NCBI RefSeq assembly: GCF_964204645.1
Contig: NC_134025.1
Span: 4,340,001 to 4,404,000, forward strand
Reading direction: 5' to 3'
Length of the DNA: 64,000 bases
Source: Tubulanus polymorphus
Lineage: Eukaryota; Animalia; Nemertea
Shown: positions 61,901 to 64,000 of the stretch, one piece after another
Numbering within the stretch: the stretch's first letter is position 1
How the letters are laid out: each line of letters begins with the position of its first letter
Position numbers and translations under genes: made by a program
Notes under the pieces: generated by a model
What the model saw: the letters and a program-made list of their open reading frames with translations, nothing else
What the model was told of the DNA's origin: nothing
Database searches by the model: none

Positions 61901-64000
61901 AATGACACCGATTAAACGCGCGTTGTCGGATTGCGATTGTAGTGAACTGAATTCCGGCCGATTTTTCATTTTCGCCGTAGCCGACGATGAGTCGCTCTTG
62001 TCAATCACGACGAGCGACGACGGCAGACGTTCAGTTTGTGAATGAACGCAATCACTGCTCCGCACAACTTTTTTATGAGCGCAACCGACAACGCGATCGA
62101 TATCGATGATGCTACCAGTTCGCCCATCCTGTTCGCGGCTGCATATCGAATCGTTCGTATTATTAGAATTGATACGTACGCCCAGCAGCGGTGATGTCGA
62201 AGTTGTTAACTGATCCGCCTGCTGCTGAATACTCCCAGAACACTCCCCTGTCCTTTCGTTTTCTGCTTTGCACCCATTCAATAGTTCATCGCTGTTACAA
62301 CTCGTATTTCTGTCCGCGAGTCGTTCATTCATCACCGAGCTATCAGTGCACACGGCACTCAATGTGCCACACCTTTGTCGCTCAATTACGTGGTTGCCAT
62401 CGTGAATGCCCGAGCTGCTTTCATTCATAAAGCTAGAACCTGAATGAACATTTCCGCATTGATTAGGATAATTTCTATTCAGATAAGAATCGCTATTGCC
62501 AACATTAATTTCATCCGCGATGTAGCCTTCTTCAAACTTTGAATTGTCCCATTCACCGATGCCTTCCTCGAGCAAACACTCATTGTTTTCTTCATTTTGG
62601 TCGGGATATTTAGAAGCAATTCTTGTGAATAAATCACCACCGGAGGGTGGTCGTTTCACATACACATTGGCATCTGCACTCAAATCTGACCCTATGTTTG
62701 CGCTATAATTATCGTCCTTCTTCGCCAAACATGATAATTGCGTAGAATCCTCGCCTTCTGAAATGATTTTGCCTTCGCAATCTGAATCCCCGCATCTTCG
62801 AGCATCGCGCGTCGACTGTAAAACAGCAGGTTTTTCATTATCGCTAACGTTCGCAAATCGTTTCGAACTAATCATCAACTTTTCATCTTTCATTCCTCGC
62901 GACGATTGACTCGTTGCAAGTTGTTGGTCGCCAACCGGATGCTGGCACTGCTGCAACTTGCTCCGTGTCGCGCCATTATGAATGAATGAATAGTAGTCCG
63001 AAGATTCATTGAGCACTTTATAGTCACGTGACAATCCACAACCCATGCCGCTCGCTGCTGCACGATTTACTCCTGAATCAATTATAATATTTTGCTCGTC
63101 GTTACCCGGGCGAGCTGCAATATCAGTTGCTTCGAACAAATATCCGACGTTGTTGCCCGTGACAACAGAATCGCCGAGAGCTTCCTTCTCCGATAATTCT
63201 CGAATTTCTCGGCGAGCATGTTTTCGTATGAAATCTGGATCGGCGTAGTTCGAGTCGGTTTTTAAGGTTGCATGCGGCGAGCGCGATTCAGGTTCTGCGC
63301 AGTACACCGTTTGGTCGGTGCGCTGAATATGAGCGCCGCTCGCCGTCGAGGAACGCGGAAAAATTTGATAGCTTATACTACGAACACAGTCAGTCGACCG
63401 TAGTTCATCATCCTTCTTACAGGAGATAACATTGTTGCCAGCTTTGTTACAACCACTCCTTGCATCAAGTTCACACGAAGGTGGTTGTCTAGTACCATTA
63501 TTGCTAATGCAAGCTGTTGGCTCAACGACGCCAGTACTGGTAACTAGCGAACATATATCAGTAGGCATATTATTAGCACCCATCTCTGCTCGCGTTATTT
63601 TTACCCCTCGTTCTAGTTCATCAGTTTCAGGCTTCCCCGGCGAGCTAGTTCTTACACCGCGTTCATTCAAACTATCGCATTCATTCATGCCACGGTTTTT
63701 ATCAATGAACTCGGGTTTAATCCGCATGCTGGCAGCCGATTGGTTAAAATCAATAATGTCACTGCATCTCTTAGCAGCCAAGGGATTGGCACTTTCTGCA
63801 TGTGTAATGAGATTACTTCTGTCGTTATTGCTCGTAGCATGACTTTCCTGACAATGAACGCCGCTCCCTTTCGCCGTCGCCATAGAGCCATCATCGGTTT
63901 TTACGGAGTAAACTGCAGCATCAAGTGGTCTATCTGCACCGACGACATCATTCAACGATGCTGAATCATTAGCAGTCGACGGCACCGCGTTCCCAGGGTC
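52954..64000 (-). CDS. SOCS7: Suppressor of cytokine signalling 7-like (SH2 + SOCS box) with very long N-terminus; 5' end lies beyond the window
   Basis: Exons (minus strand): >=64000-59629, 55247-55201 (NFIDSLLKLRE), 53783-53615 (GWYWGPLS..AEAKL..KDGSFLVRDSSHDSYILSLSFRSQGKTHHTRIEH), 53312-52954 (GTFAFW..HSRNGKFLYFLRP..PGLPP..LLYPISRF..SLQHRCRF..LPLP). The HS.NGKFLYFLR..PGLPP segment matches SOCS7 as I recall it. The frame stays open to the window end. Confidence 0.92.
58963..58993. repeat. (TA)n microsatellite
   Basis: tatatatatatataaatatatatatatatat. Confidence 0.9.

Noticed and set aside
59630-63964. Many plus-strand ORFs opposite the SOCS7 giant exon (similar antisense ORFs occur over the LGR and CNG exons)
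   Set aside because: Antisense shadows of real coding exons.
1-64000. CRISPR arrays, rRNA/tRNA genes, prokaryotic operons, autonomous transposon ORFs
   Set aside because: None seen by eye. The sequence is spliceosomal eukaryotic DNA, and its repeats are gene duplications or short non-autonomous elements.

Overview
AT-rich, intron-dense metazoan DNA (probably a marine invertebrate, likely lophotrochozoan; this is an inference from the gene content). In order: a multi-exon A-type cyclic-nucleotide-gated (CNG) channel gene (+, about 7.6-15.0 kb); a four-copy, ~2.9-kb tandem array of small secreted Cys-rich + MAM-domain genes (+, 15.7-25.5 kb, copy 4 frameshifted); a very large GRL101-type LDLa/LRR GPCR with extra CUB, LamG-like, EGF, discoidin and C-type-lectin modules and a kinase-like tail (+, 26.4-38.2 kb); one intact and two truncated single-exon class A GPCRs (-, 38.8-42.0 kb); GMPPA (+, 43.0-48.1 kb); and a SOCS7-like gene with a giant N-terminal exon (-, 53.0 kb to beyond the window end). 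Several MITE-like elements are also present. The standout observation is in the CNG gene. The pore-helix/selectivity-filter exon is tandemly duplicated as two 79-nt exons only 25 nt apart, which look obligatorily mutually exclusive. One encodes the A-subunit filter (TIGE) and the other the B-subunit filter (TIGG), so one gene may splice-switch between alpha-like and beta-like pores. All exon models were traced by eye from splice-site consensus and reading-frame continuity; no transcript or database evidence was available.
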